Below are positions 20,889 to 31,411 of a stretch of 64,000 bases of DNA, in pieces. Made by a program: the position numbers and the translations under genes. How positions within the stretch are numbered: the first letter of the stretch is position 1; each line of letters begins with the position of its first letter. The DNA is taken from contig CBDHHL010000056.1 in NCBI GenBank assembly GCA_965263355.1, forward strand, positions 576,001 through 640,000. Reading direction: 5' to 3'. The DNA is from Leptolyngbyaceae cyanobacterium (lineage in GTDB: Bacteria > Cyanobacteriota > Cyanobacteriia > Phormidesmidales > Phormidesmidaceae). Under the pieces are notes generated by a model, which worked only from the letters and a program-made list of their open reading frames with translations, searched no databases and was not told where the DNA came from.

Positions 20889-21944
20889 ATGGCTAACCTA
20901 ACGTCTCGCATTACGGTTTCATGCAATGCCCCCTATGGTAAGGGCGGTCTCGGTCAGCATCTGGCTCAGGTACTGAGCGAGGCCATTAATGCGGGACACC
21001 AATGTACCTATTATTGCGCAAAACCAGCTACCACCGTGCACGAGGGGCATGGTGTTGAACTCTTACAGCCTAAACTACTGCGATATACGCCATTGCGTTA
21101 CAGTCCAGGCTGGATTAACTTTTCTAGTGTCGATTGTTTTGATCGCGCTGTTGCTAGAAAACTACCGCCTGCTCAAATTTTTGAAGGGTTTGTGGGGCAA
21201 TCGCTCTCTACGTTTAAACGTGCCCGCCAGCTGGGGTATGGAAAACTGCATTTACAGGCAGCCAACAGCCATGTCGATAATGTTATTTCTCAGCATCAAA
21301 AAGCGATTCAGCGATTTGGTCTGGAAGAAAGTTGGCTTAACGAGGCTCAGCAACATAAAACCCTTGAAGAGTATAAAATGGCGGACGTCATTTTTGTAGC
21401 TTCTGAATATAGTCGTCAAACTATGTTAGCTGCAGGCATCCCAGATCACAAGCTGCAGCGAATTGAGTTGACGGTGAATCCACGGTATCAACCAACAGCA
21501 ACGCGTAAGCAGGATGATACATTTCGCATTGTCTATGTCGGTAGCCTGACGGTGATGAAGGGTATCCCGGTTCTACTGGAGGCATTTTCGCGATTACCTG
21601 ATAAAAATATCGAACTTACGTTAGTGGGTGGTTATGCTACACGGGGTATGCGCCGCTGTATTCAAGGGTGGTTAGCGAAAGATCCTCGGATAAAACTGGC
21701 TCCTGGGGACCCATTGCCCCATCTGCAAAATGCAAACCTTTACGTACATCCTACCTACGAAGATGGATTTGCCTATGCACCGATGGAAGCACTGGCCTGT
21801 GGTGTGCCGGTTGTTGTTACAGAAGATACGGGCATGAAAGAGCATATCCAGGAGGGGATCAACGGGTATATTGTCCCCACGGGAAGCGTAGACGCTTTGG
21901 TAGAACGGCTGATGTCTTTGCAGAAAAAAGAATTAGTTATGTAA
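20889..21944 (+). CDS. Glycosyltransferase family 4
   Basis: YVGSL..MKG; EDGFAYAPMEALACGVPV. Confidence 0.85.
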   Translation: MANLTSRITVSCNAPYGKGGLGQHLAQVLSEAINAGHQCTYYCAKPATTVHEGHGVELLQPKLLRYTPLRYSPGWINFSSVDCFDRAVARKLPPAQIFEGFVGQSLSTFKRARQLGYGKLHLQAANSHVDNVISQHQKAIQRFGLEESWLNEAQQHKTLEEYKMADVIFVASEYSRQTMLAAGIPDHKLQRIELTVNPRYQPTATRKQDDTFRIVYVGSLTVMKGIPVLLEAFSRLPDKNIELTLVGGYATRGMRRCIQGWLAKDPRIKLAPGDPLPHLQNANLYVHPTYEDGFAYAPMEALACGVPVVVTEDTGMKEHIQEGINGYIVPTGSVDALVERLMSLQKKELVM

Positions 21945-21957
21945 TATTTATTACTCG

Positions 21958-22038
21958 AAATTCTGGTTAACTGCCCTTGATATTGTAGGGCAACCACAAG
22001 GGATTGCCCCTACGGATTGTTCATTGTTAATCGGATTT
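21958..22038 (-). repeat. GTAG-type REP-like palindromic cassette, copy 2
   Basis: GTAGGGCAACCACAAGGGATTGCCCCTAC (21985-22013) within outer imperfect arms AAATTCTGGTTAAC / GTTAATCGGATTT. Confidence 0.7.
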
Positions 22039-22098
22039 ACTTAATTCGGACCAAACTATTTTTACTTTTAACTTAAAAACTACTAAATATAAATCAAT

Positions 22099-22860
22099 AT
22101 GCCTAAAAATCTAATCTTTTTTACTCATATTCCTAAAACATCGGGAACAACATTTTTTCGATCTTCGGTAGTGCCCAACATCCCTCAAACTCAGATCTAT
22201 GAAGTAGCCAGTATTAAAAAGGTTTTAGCAGATCGTTTGACCGCCAAGCTCAGGACAGATGACTTAACGGTTATCAGCGGTCACTTTAAGTATGGGATGC
22301 ATTACCTCTTCCCATGTAAGCCTAAATATATTGTTTTTCTACGGGATCCCATTGATCGAGCAGTTTCTTTTTACTACTTTATCAAAGACTCCAATGTTAA
22401 TGTGTATCGTCATCCCATGAGGGACTATGCTGATAGTGTTTCCATTGCAGAGTTCTATCAAAATCCTAGGTTTTCTAATATGATCTGCCAGCAGATTGCT
22501 GGCTATAGAGTGAGTGCTATTTATCAAAAATTTTCTCAACATAAGAGTATTCAAAAACACTTACTGGAAACTGCATCGGACCATTTATTTAATCGATATG
22601 AAAATTACGGCTTGTTAGAGCAGTTTGATGCGTCTCGTAGGCTGCTTTGTAGTCGGCTTTCACTAAATGCAATTAATAAAAATCTAAAAAAGCAGAAGAA
22701 AACAGGTAAGCGTCCTCAGATAGAGGACCTTTCTATGACTACTCTCTCTGCCCTAAAAACTTCCCATGCACTAGACTTAGCGCTTTATGAGCAGGCCAAA
22801 GCTAAGTTCTTTGATCAGTTTGAGGTCCACGAACAAGAAAACTTTTTGAAAAATGCATAA
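22099..22860 (+). CDS. Sulfotransferase family 2 protein
   Basis: FTHIPKTSGTT, SGH, FLRDPIDRAVSFY, LDLALY. Confidence 0.88.
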   Translation: MPKNLIFFTHIPKTSGTTFFRSSVVPNIPQTQIYEVASIKKVLADRLTAKLRTDDLTVISGHFKYGMHYLFPCKPKYIVFLRDPIDRAVSFYYFIKDSNVNVYRHPMRDYADSVSIAEFYQNPRFSNMICQQIAGYRVSAIYQKFSQHKSIQKHLLETASDHLFNRYENYGLLEQFDASRRLLCSRLSLNAINKNLKKQKKTGKRPQIEDLSMTTLSALKTSHALDLALYEQAKAKFFDQFEVHEQENFLKNA

Positions 22861-22908
22861 TTTGTCGTTGTGGATCGAGGGATAAATTAATTTGGTGGAG
22901 TATCAACA

Positions 22909-24081
22909 ATGATTATTATTGGTCACTATGATCGCGAAATTTGGGCGAAAGGGGGAAAAGCCAGCTATATTCGGCGAGTTAGCTCAGCTCAAAGAGATAA
23001 TGGTCATCAGGTCTACTATTTTAGTAAATACCCCAGCCATGGTACTGGTCGCTATGAAACGTCTATCACGGTAGAGACTACCACAGAGCTATTTGCAAAG
23101 GCTAAAGAATTAGGTGTGGATATTCTAAATCTACATCAGTCGGTGAGCCATGTTGCCTCAGGGGATATTCCCCTGGTTCGAACGTTGCATGAGCACAGTC
23201 CCTACTGTCCTAGTGGGAGTAAGTTTCTCCAACGATGGCATCGTCCTTGCGATCGCAAATATAGCTTTTATGGATGTATGTGGGGCCAGGTGGTTGATCG
23301 CTGCAGTAGTATACGTCCTCAAAAAATCTATCAAAATTTTCAGAAAACCTTTCAGGAAGCAGATACACTACCAAATATTACAGTAATTACTGTCAGCCAC
23401 TTTCTAAAACAGCAAATGTTAGCGTCAGGGTATCCCTCTGAAAGGGTGCATGCCCTGCCATTGTTTGCGCCTGAGTCATTTAGCCAGACTGTAGCATTAC
23501 CTGCAACGGGCATTCCTCACTTTGTTTTTTTAGGTAGATTTTCACCGAGTAAGGGGCTGGAGTGGCTGTTAAAATCCCTTAAAAATATTGCGGTGCCCGT
23601 ACATTTAGACATTGCTGGCGAGGGGTTTCAGGAACCTGTCCTAAAAACTTTGGTCAAAAAGCTTGGGCTGACTGATAGGGTGACCTTTCATGGTTGGGTA
23701 AATGCGGATCAAGCTAATGATTTAATTCGCTCAGCCAGGGCATTAATATTCCCATCTGTCTGGCATGAACCTGCGGGTCTGGTTGCATTGGAGGCAATGA
23801 AAAACGCTAGACCTGTGATTGCAAGCCGAGTTGGTGGAATTCCTGAAATGGTATCCCACCAGGGGAATGGCCTGCTTGTTTCACCCTACGATATCAAGGA
23901 GTTGAGTAACAGTATTGAAACCCTGGCAACTGACTGGTTACTGGCCAAACGTTTGGGTGAGCAGGGGCAAGTCTGTATTGCTCAAAAATTTACCTTACAA
24001 AAGCATTTAGAGGGTCTTATGGCCCTGTATCAACAAATTATTGATACGACCAAAAATCGTTCACCTCTAGTTAATACATAG
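22909..24081 (+). CDS. Glycosyltransferase family 4
   Basis: LGRFSPSKG; WHEPAGLVALEAM. Confidence 0.9.
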   Translation: MIIIGHYDREIWAKGGKASYIRRVSSAQRDNGHQVYYFSKYPSHGTGRYETSITVETTTELFAKAKELGVDILNLHQSVSHVASGDIPLVRTLHEHSPYCPSGSKFLQRWHRPCDRKYSFYGCMWGQVVDRCSSIRPQKIYQNFQKTFQEADTLPNITVITVSHFLKQQMLASGYPSERVHALPLFAPESFSQTVALPATGIPHFVFLGRFSPSKGLEWLLKSLKNIAVPVHLDIAGEGFQEPVLKTLVKKLGLTDRVTFHGWVNADQANDLIRSARALIFPSVWHEPAGLVALEAMKNARPVIASRVGGIPEMVSHQGNGLLVSPYDIKELSNSIETLATDWLLAKRLGEQGQVCIAQKFTLQKHLEGLMALYQQIIDTTKNRSPLVNT

Positions 24082-24124
24082 ACTAACAATAAAAGAAGAT
24101 ACTAGTTGCCCAAGAAACCTTTAA

Positions 24125-25285
24125 ATGAAACTTTGTATTGTTACTCATAAAGTTACGCTGGGGGATGGTCAAGGGCGTGTCAACTATGAGATTGCTCAGG
24201 AAGTGTTGCGGCTTGGTCATCAATTAATTCTCGTCGCTAGCTACATAGCCCCTGAGCTAGAGCATTTAGACTCTGTACAATGGGTGCCCATCAAGGTGGC
24301 TCAGCTGCCTGGTTCATTGCTGCGTAATCTAGTCTTTTCCTATCAGAGTGCAGGGTGGTTACAGCAGCATCGTGATGAGTACGATATCTTGCTGAGTAAT
24401 GGGGCTATTACGTCTGCGCCCAGTGAGCTGAACACTGCTCATTTTGTCCATAGTACCTGGCTAACCTCGCCATATCATACTATCCGCTATCGTCGCGATC
24501 TCTATGGCGTGTACCAATGGTTGTATACAGCCCTCAATGCCCATTGGGAAAAACAGGCGTTTGCGCGTAGTACAATCGTTGTTGCCGTGTCTAGTCAGGT
24601 TAAAGCTGAATTAGTTCGCATTGGTGTTCCAGCTAAAAAGATTCAGGTTATTCCCAATGGTGTAGATCTAGAAACGTTTCAACCGGCTACGGTGGATCGT
24701 TCGGTGTTAGGGTTACCTGAAGGCGTTACCCTTGGGTTATTTGCTGGGGACATTCGTACACCGCGTAAGAATCTTGATACGGTGTTGCGATCGCTCACCC
24801 AAATCCCCAATCTGCACCTAGCCATTGCCGGCGATAGTAGCGGCAGTCCCTACCCAGCCATGGCAGCAGACCTGGGCATTCAGGCCCGGACTCACTTTCT
24901 TGGCTATCGCCGAGATATGCCACAGCTGATGCAGGCTGTCGATCTATTTATCTTTCCCTCCCGTTACGAAACCTTTGGCCTGGTGGTGCTAGAAGCAATG
25001 GCCAGTGGTATTCCAGTGATTACAACCGCAACGACCGGAGTCTCGGAATTGGTCACCCCTGAGGTCGGTTATGTCATTGCTCACCCTGACAATGTTTCAG
25101 AGCTTAAAAACGCATTAATCCAACTAAGTCAAGATGCCGACCTACGTAAGCGCCAGGGGACTGCCGCTAGAGCAATAGCCCACCAGTTCACCTGGAAAAA
25201 GTTAGCTCAACAATATGTAAATCAGATTGAACGCTTAGCAATGTCACAATCGACCGCTGCTGTTACTACAGCTGTCTCAGCATGA
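24125..25285 (+). CDS. Glycosyltransferase family 4
   Basis: GDGQGRVN, IPNGVD, PSRYETFGLVVLEAMASG. Confidence 0.9.
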   Translation: MKLCIVTHKVTLGDGQGRVNYEIAQEVLRLGHQLILVASYIAPELEHLDSVQWVPIKVAQLPGSLLRNLVFSYQSAGWLQQHRDEYDILLSNGAITSAPSELNTAHFVHSTWLTSPYHTIRYRRDLYGVYQWLYTALNAHWEKQAFARSTIVVAVSSQVKAELVRIGVPAKKIQVIPNGVDLETFQPATVDRSVLGLPEGVTLGLFAGDIRTPRKNLDTVLRSLTQIPNLHLAIAGDSSGSPYPAMAADLGIQARTHFLGYRRDMPQLMQAVDLFIFPSRYETFGLVVLEAMASGIPVITTATTGVSELVTPEVGYVIAHPDNVSELKNALIQLSQDADLRKRQGTAARAIAHQFTWKKLAQQYVNQIERLAMSQSTAAVTTAVSA

Positions 25286-26382
25286 CCGTCACGACTCTGG
25301 TACCACGCTTACGCCCTGCCATTGACGGAGTGGGTGACTATGGGTTCAAACTGGCTTTACAACTGCGTGAAGATTACAACATTACCACCCAGTTTATTGT
25401 TGGCGATCCAACCTGGCAACGAAATAATGATTTAAAGGGCATGGAGGCACATGCCGTCAGCTGCCGTTCAGTGGAGAGTCTTCTCTCTCACCTGCAAGGT
25501 ACATCCACTGTCATTTTGCACTATGTTCCCCATGGTTACGCACAGAAAGCCTGTCCGTTCTGGCTCATTCAAGCACTAGAACGTTGGCACACCTCTACCG
25601 CCAACGCCAGCCTAATCACCATGTTTCATGAACTCTATGCGCTCGACTGGCATCGCCCTTGGAGTAGTGATTTTTATTTATCTCCTGTTCAACAATATCT
25701 GGCCGCTCGTGTGGCTCAGCTTAGCACTGTCTGCCTGACCAGTACCGAACGCTACCGCCACAGTATTCAGCGACTGAGCCATGGCAAACACACCCAGGTC
25801 TCCGTACTGCCAGTGCCTTCAAATATGGGCGAACCATCCAGGCTTTTACCCCTATCTCAACGCCAGCGTCGACTGATTATTTTTGGTCAACGTCGCAGCA
25901 AAGGCCCCATATATCGTCATTTCCAGGCGTTACTTAATCAGATATGTCAGACGTTAGCGATCCAAGAGATCTGGGATATTGGCCCCTCGGTTGACCCCAC
26001 CCCAATACAAATCAGCGCAGTGCCTGTAAAGAAACTGGGAAAACTGCCCGAGACTGACATTAGTCAAATTCTCTCAGAGTCTTTAGCCGGTTTTTTAAGC
26101 TATGACCCTAAACGATTGGGGAAATCTGGCATTTTTGCCGCCTATTGCGCCCACGGCATGGTGCCCATTAACCACACCCATGGGCCAAGCCCTGTGGATG
26201 GTTTAGTGGTTAATCAGCATTATTGGTGTCCAATATTCGCGCCATCTCACCCACCTGACATAGAGACAATTGCAGACTATGCCCTGGCCTGGTATCGAAA
26301 CCATGGGTTATCTAAACAAGCCGCTGTCTTTCGCCACCATCTTTCCAACGTAATTATTTCAGCGACTGCCCATGAATTATAG
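25282..26382 (+). CDS. Putative GT-B glycosyltransferase
   Basis: DGVGDY, TMFHE, VPSN, KSGIFAAYCAHG; ATGA overlap with the upstream gene. Confidence 0.7.
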   Translation: MTVTTLVPRLRPAIDGVGDYGFKLALQLREDYNITTQFIVGDPTWQRNNDLKGMEAHAVSCRSVESLLSHLQGTSTVILHYVPHGYAQKACPFWLIQALERWHTSTANASLITMFHELYALDWHRPWSSDFYLSPVQQYLAARVAQLSTVCLTSTERYRHSIQRLSHGKHTQVSVLPVPSNMGEPSRLLPLSQRQRRLIIFGQRRSKGPIYRHFQALLNQICQTLAIQEIWDIGPSVDPTPIQISAVPVKKLGKLPETDISQILSESLAGFLSYDPKRLGKSGIFAAYCAHGMVPINHTHGPSPVDGLVVNQHYWCPIFAPSHPPDIETIADYALAWYRNHGLSKQAAVFRHHLSNVIISATAHEL

Positions 26383-27826
26383 TAGGACATGGCAGCAAGC
26401 CCCTCAGGAGATTGCTCAACCGCCAATTATTCAGGCCACTCATAAGAGTTCCTCAGTGGCCTGGGGGATCATTATTTCACTGTTTGCGATCGCCATCGTC
26501 GGTGCCAGAGTGGGACTGGGATCGATGTTAAATCTTTTGTTTCCCCTGGGTGCCCTAGCGGTTGGTTTTTACCTGTTTACCTCATATCCAAACTTATATT
26601 TTGGCTTTACCTGGTGGCTCTGGTTTGTTACCCCCTTTTTGCGACGACTGGCTGACTATTGGGGCAGCTACACCGAACCTAGCCCGATGCTGCTGACCCC
26701 CTATTTAGTCACTGGATTAACGATATTTTCGGCGATACAAGCATTGCCAAAAGCCCATAAAACCGGATCTATTCCATTTGCGATCGCCTGTGTTGGAGTA
26801 GTCTACGGCTTTTGTGTCGGGTTAGTTAACCATTCTCTTTATCCAGGCAGTTTTTTCTTTACATTGATCAAATCCTTGTTGGGATGGTTGACCCCCGTAA
26901 CCTTTAGTTGGTATGTATTTAACCGCTGGCAAGACTACCCACAGTATCGTCAACTGACTCGGCGGATCTTTCTATGGGGCCTGCTAATTATGGGGCTTTA
27001 TGGCATCTGGCAATATGTCGCTTTGCCAGACTGGGATCGACTGTGGCTGATGAAATCTGGTTTGTTTTCTTCCCACGGATTACCAGACGCATCCGGCGGA
27101 TCAAGGGTTTGGAGCACCATGCAATCAGCAGAACCCTTTTCTGCTTATGCCGCAGGTGGACTGTTGTTACTGCTGAGTCATCAAGGCCCCATGCTCTTAC
27201 CCGCATCAATTGCTGGTTTGGTCGCTCTACTATTAACGACAGTAAGGTCAGCCTGGCTGGGCTTCTTTGCGGGTTTAATCACGTTGTTTGCATTCCTTAA
27301 ACCTAATTTTCAGATGAGGTTAGTGGGCTTAGCTGTTGTGATTATCCTGTGCATCATCCCTATTCTGACATCGGATCTTTTTTCTGATGACATTGTCGCT
27401 GACATTATTAACCGATTGAATACCTTCTCTGATCTGGGAAATGATCGCAGTACTGACGTTAGGTTAAACACCTTTAATGCCCTGATTGGTCAAGCCCTTA
27501 CAAGCTTTACTGGTCGAGGTTTGGGGCGGGGAGTGCGTGACAGCACGATCTTATCAACGATGTTTGAGATTGGCTGGGTCGGTGTTTCCTTCTATGTCGG
27601 TGGACTGTGCTTACTGTTGATAAAACTGTTTAATAACACTACTTGCAAAGCAGATTCATTTGCCATGACAACCCGAGCAATTGCGGTCAGTGCCCTAATT
27701 CGACTACCGGTAAATAGCGTTTTTGAGGGAGTAACCGGTATCTTACTATGGGTTTCCATTGCTCTGGGACTGGCTGCGGTCAAATACAATGAAAAATTTG
27801 GTTTAAACCCTAGACAAAACATTTAA
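26372..27826 (+). CDS. Wzy / O-antigen ligase-like integral membrane protein
   Basis: About 12 hydrophobic segments; RVWSTM, VRSAW and GRGLG motifs. Confidence 0.75.
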   Translation: MNYSRTWQQAPQEIAQPPIIQATHKSSSVAWGIIISLFAIAIVGARVGLGSMLNLLFPLGALAVGFYLFTSYPNLYFGFTWWLWFVTPFLRRLADYWGSYTEPSPMLLTPYLVTGLTIFSAIQALPKAHKTGSIPFAIACVGVVYGFCVGLVNHSLYPGSFFFTLIKSLLGWLTPVTFSWYVFNRWQDYPQYRQLTRRIFLWGLLIMGLYGIWQYVALPDWDRLWLMKSGLFSSHGLPDASGGSRVWSTMQSAEPFSAYAAGGLLLLLSHQGPMLLPASIAGLVALLLTTVRSAWLGFFAGLITLFAFLKPNFQMRLVGLAVVIILCIIPILTSDLFSDDIVADIINRLNTFSDLGNDRSTDVRLNTFNALIGQALTSFTGRGLGRGVRDSTILSTMFEIGWVGVSFYVGGLCLLLIKLFNNTTCKADSFAMTTRAIAVSALIRLPVNSVFEGVTGILLWVSIALGLAAVKYNEKFGLNPRQNI

Positions 27827-27859
27827 GAAATAAACAATTTCAGGTATAGTAAGTTCCCT

Positions 27860-29035
27860 ATGGAGACATCCAAAAAAGTTTTATTTGTTGTTCGATATCT
27901 TTGGGGCGATGAAGGGATCTCTATCCACTTAATCAGGCTAGCCCAGGGCCTGATTAGGTTAGGTTGGGACGTTGGCCTAGCATCAGCAATCCCAGCCGAT
28001 CAAGAGCATCAATCTCATATCGTCGACAAATTCAGATCATGTGGCATTAAATACTTTTATGTTCCATTTCCACAGAAAATAAATCATCCCAATAAGCTAC
28101 CGTCCTTTTTTACAGCCCTGACTGACCTGGCTAAAATTATTCAACAGTTTAAGCCCGATCTGCTGCATATCCACTCCCTTTCAGTTTCTCCCTATGCCCA
28201 CATCATCCGTTTACTATATGGGCTGCCCTTTATCGCAACGGCCCATATAGAACCCAAGCTCAAGCCCTCTAATATTCTTTTTTTTAAGTTTTTCAATAAA
28301 CTTTTCCCACCCTTTTTAGGTAATCGATTTATTGCTATCAGTACAGCAATTGAAACTATATATGCAGATAAAATAAACGTTAACAAAGCCAGAATTAAGT
28401 TAATTTATCATGGATTTGACATTAATTACTTTCGGCCTCCCTCTGAAAGTGAAAAAATAGAGGCACGTAGGGGATTTAATCTACTGGATGAGGCTAAGGT
28501 TGTCTGTTTAATTGGGAGATTAGACCCAGTTAAAGGTCACAAAATCTTATATCAGGCCTTATCTCTTTTAAAGGAGCAGGGTATTCATATTTTTGCCATT
28601 TGTGCAGGGACAGGAGGAGAGTGGGAAAGTCGAATTAAGGCTCAACCTAAAGACTTTGCAGTCCATGACCTGGTTCAATTTCCGGGTTTTACGGATGCTC
28701 GTAACGTAATATGGGCCGCCGACGCTATTGTTCTGCCAAGCCAGCGGGAAGGATTTGCCTTAGTGATTCCTGAAGCAATGCTTTGTGGCGTGGTGCCCAT
28801 ACGCACCCCTGCGGCTGGTGCGTATGATCAAATAACAGACAACGTCAATGGCTTTATTATCCCGTTTAATGATCCAGATGCCCTGGCGTCTGCACTAAGA
28901 AACCTCCTAACTCAAGAGTCTCTAAAAGAGTCTATGAGCAAGGCCGCGATTTCCTTTGCCACTGATCAGTTTTCTGAGACCACAATGATTAATAAAACAA
29001 TTGAAACCTATTTAGAGGTTGTGGGAGATAAGTAA
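27860..29035 (+). CDS. Glycosyltransferase family 4
   Basis: IGRLDPVKG; PSQREGFALVIPEAM. Confidence 0.9.
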   Translation: METSKKVLFVVRYLWGDEGISIHLIRLAQGLIRLGWDVGLASAIPADQEHQSHIVDKFRSCGIKYFYVPFPQKINHPNKLPSFFTALTDLAKIIQQFKPDLLHIHSLSVSPYAHIIRLLYGLPFIATAHIEPKLKPSNILFFKFFNKLFPPFLGNRFIAISTAIETIYADKINVNKARIKLIYHGFDINYFRPPSESEKIEARRGFNLLDEAKVVCLIGRLDPVKGHKILYQALSLLKEQGIHIFAICAGTGGEWESRIKAQPKDFAVHDLVQFPGFTDARNVIWAADAIVLPSQREGFALVIPEAMLCGVVPIRTPAAGAYDQITDNVNGFIIPFNDPDALASALRNLLTQESLKESMSKAAISFATDQFSETTMINKTIETYLEVVGDK

Positions 29036-29051
29036 TTTTCCCTGAAATCCT

Positions 29052-30191
29052 ATGAAAACACTTCAAATTGGCATGGGTTGGTTTCCAGAACAACCAGGCG
29101 GGCTAAACCGGTTTTACTATGGCTGTCTCCAACATCTGCCCAGCATTGATGTGGCGGTTAAAGGATTTGTTGTGGGTTCTCAGCACATAGCCTCCGAGTC
29201 CCATGGGCAAGTCTTTAGTTTTGCCCGTCGAGACGCTTCTTTACTCAATCGTTGGTGGTCTATTCGTCAGGAATTTAAAGCATTTTCAAAGTCCATGGAT
29301 TGCCATGTGATTGCATCCCACTTTGCCCTTTACACCCTGCCAATTCTGGATCTGACGAGTGAGTATCCCCTTGTTGTTCACTTTCACGGCCCCTGGGCAT
29401 TAGAAGGTAATACTGAAGGGCACCGCAAGCTCTCTAACTGGTGCAAAAAAAGAGTTGAACAACCTTGCTATAACCGGGCCAGTCACTTTGTCGTACTGTC
29501 CCAGGCGTTTCGGGATATTCTCCACCATGAATATCATGTGCCGTTTGAACGTATCCATATTGTTCCAGGAGGTGTGGACCTCAAGCAATTTCAACGTACT
29601 CAATCAAAAATCGCTGTTCGTCAAGAATTAGGCTGGCCTACGGATCGACCTATTTTATTTTCTGTCCGTCGTTTAGCTAAACGCATGGGGTTGGAAAATC
29701 TGATTGCTGCCATCGATATTATTCGCCAGCAGCATCCTGATGTGCTCCTGCTGATTGCTGGCAAAGGTCGCCTCAAAGACAGTCTGGAGCAACAAATCTC
29801 AGACCGTTCCCTTCACGATCATGTTCGACTTCTAGGATATCTGCCTGATCAATTACTGCCCCTGGCCTATCGTGCAGCGAACCTATCCATTGTTCCCACG
29901 GTTGCTTTAGAGGGGTTTGGTCTGACCGTCATTGAGTCCTTAGCAGCAGGAACCCCCGTACTGGGCACCCCCATTGGGGGTATTCCAGAAATCCTACGTC
30001 CCTTGTCAGACGATCTTGTCTTTGCCAGTCCAAATGTAAACGACCTGGCTGCCCATATTAACAATGTCCTGTCAGGTCAGATAAGACTACCCAGCGTACA
30101 GACCTGTCAGACCTACGTGCAAGATCACTATGCTTGGCCAGTGATTGCCGAGCAAATTAAAACCGTTTATCAAAAAGCCCTTGTAGATTAA
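29052..30191 (+). CDS. hepB: Glycosyltransferase family 4, HepB-like
   Basis: GMGWFP..PGGLNR, FHGPWA, RRLAKRMG, LEGFGL..IES; paired with a LFLDQSGK-type GT as recalled for the Anabaena hepB locus. Confidence 0.65.
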   Translation: MKTLQIGMGWFPEQPGGLNRFYYGCLQHLPSIDVAVKGFVVGSQHIASESHGQVFSFARRDASLLNRWWSIRQEFKAFSKSMDCHVIASHFALYTLPILDLTSEYPLVVHFHGPWALEGNTEGHRKLSNWCKKRVEQPCYNRASHFVVLSQAFRDILHHEYHVPFERIHIVPGGVDLKQFQRTQSKIAVRQELGWPTDRPILFSVRRLAKRMGLENLIAAIDIIRQQHPDVLLLIAGKGRLKDSLEQQISDRSLHDHVRLLGYLPDQLLPLAYRAANLSIVPTVALEGFGLTVIESLAAGTPVLGTPIGGIPEILRPLSDDLVFASPNVNDLAAHINNVLSGQIRLPSVQTCQTYVQDHYAWPVIAEQIKTVYQKALVD

Positions 30192-30199
30192 CCCATTAC

Positions 30200-31411
30200 A
30201 TGAACATTCTATTTCTTGATCAAAGTGGAAAATTAGGCGGCGCGGAATTATCTCTGCTGGATATAGCAACCCATCATCGCGATCGCAGCCTCGTCGGTCT
30301 CTTTCAAGATGGTCCCTTTTGCGAATACCTACAAAACCGCAAGGTGCCTGTGCAGGTTTTAACCAACCAAGCATTACAGGTCCGTAAAGACGGCAATCTG
30401 TTGCAGGCGCTTAACAGCGTAGAACAACTTATCCCCTTAGTAAATCGCGTTGTTCAGCTCAGCCATAACTACGATGTGATCTACGCTAACACTCCTAAAG
30501 CCTTTATCATTGGAGCCATCGCCAGCTATCGCAGCAAACGGCCATTGGTCTATCATCTGCGTGATATTATCTCAGCCGATCATTTTAGTCGTTTTAACCG
30601 CTATCTTTTAATTACCTTAGCCAATGCTTGTTGTAATCTGGTGATTGCTAATTCCAAGGCAACTCGGCAAGCCTTTATCCAAGCTGGAGGACGACCTGAC
30701 CTTGTTAAAGTCATCTACAACGGATTTAATGCAGACACCTATCAGGCAGCCGACACTGATGCTAACAACATTCGTCAGCAGTTAGGGTTAGAAGACAATC
30801 ACTTTGTAGTGGGGCACTTTAGTCGACTGTCTCCCTGGAAAGGGCAGCATGTCTTAATTGACGCCCTCAGCCGCTGTCCTAAAAATGTTGTGGTCCTCCT
30901 GGTTGGGGATGCCCTTTTTGGTGAAGACGAGTATGTTAACCAAATTCATCAGCAGGTCGAGGCGTTAAATCTGCAACATCGGGTTCACTTTCTTGGCTTT
31001 CGTTCCGACATTCCTGCCCTGATGCAGGCTTGTGATTTGATTGCCCATACGTCCACTGCGCCTGAACCCTTTGGTCGAGTCATTATTGAGGGTATGCTTT
31101 GTTGCCGTCCTGTGATTGCCGCAGCAGCAGGCGGTGCTGTTGAGCTAATTGATCATGGTCGTACTGGCTGGCTGACTCCCCCCAATGATGTGCAAAAATT
31201 GACCGCTACTATTACTAACGCCTATCGTCAGCCTGAAATCGCCAGAACAATTGGGCAACAGTCTCAACACCATGCGAAAACATATTTTAATCTTGCTATC
31301 ACGAATGAAAAAATCCTAAACTTGCTTAAACAGATACCGTTACAAAAACGTAAGACAGAGATACTTCTGTCCAATCCTGCCATTTTGAAATTGTTTAACC
31401 TACGTTCCTAA
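30200..31411 (+). CDS. Glycosyltransferase family 4
   Basis: LFLDQSGKLGGAE, FSRLSPWKGQH, PEPFGRVIIE. Confidence 0.9.
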   Translation: MNILFLDQSGKLGGAELSLLDIATHHRDRSLVGLFQDGPFCEYLQNRKVPVQVLTNQALQVRKDGNLLQALNSVEQLIPLVNRVVQLSHNYDVIYANTPKAFIIGAIASYRSKRPLVYHLRDIISADHFSRFNRYLLITLANACCNLVIANSKATRQAFIQAGGRPDLVKVIYNGFNADTYQAADTDANNIRQQLGLEDNHFVVGHFSRLSPWKGQHVLIDALSRCPKNVVVLLVGDALFGEDEYVNQIHQQVEALNLQHRVHFLGFRSDIPALMQACDLIAHTSTAPEPFGRVIIEGMLCCRPVIAAAAGGAVELIDHGRTGWLTPPNDVQKLTATITNAYRQPEIARTIGQQSQHHAKTYFNLAITNEKILNLLKQIPLQKRKTEILLSNPAILKLFNLRS

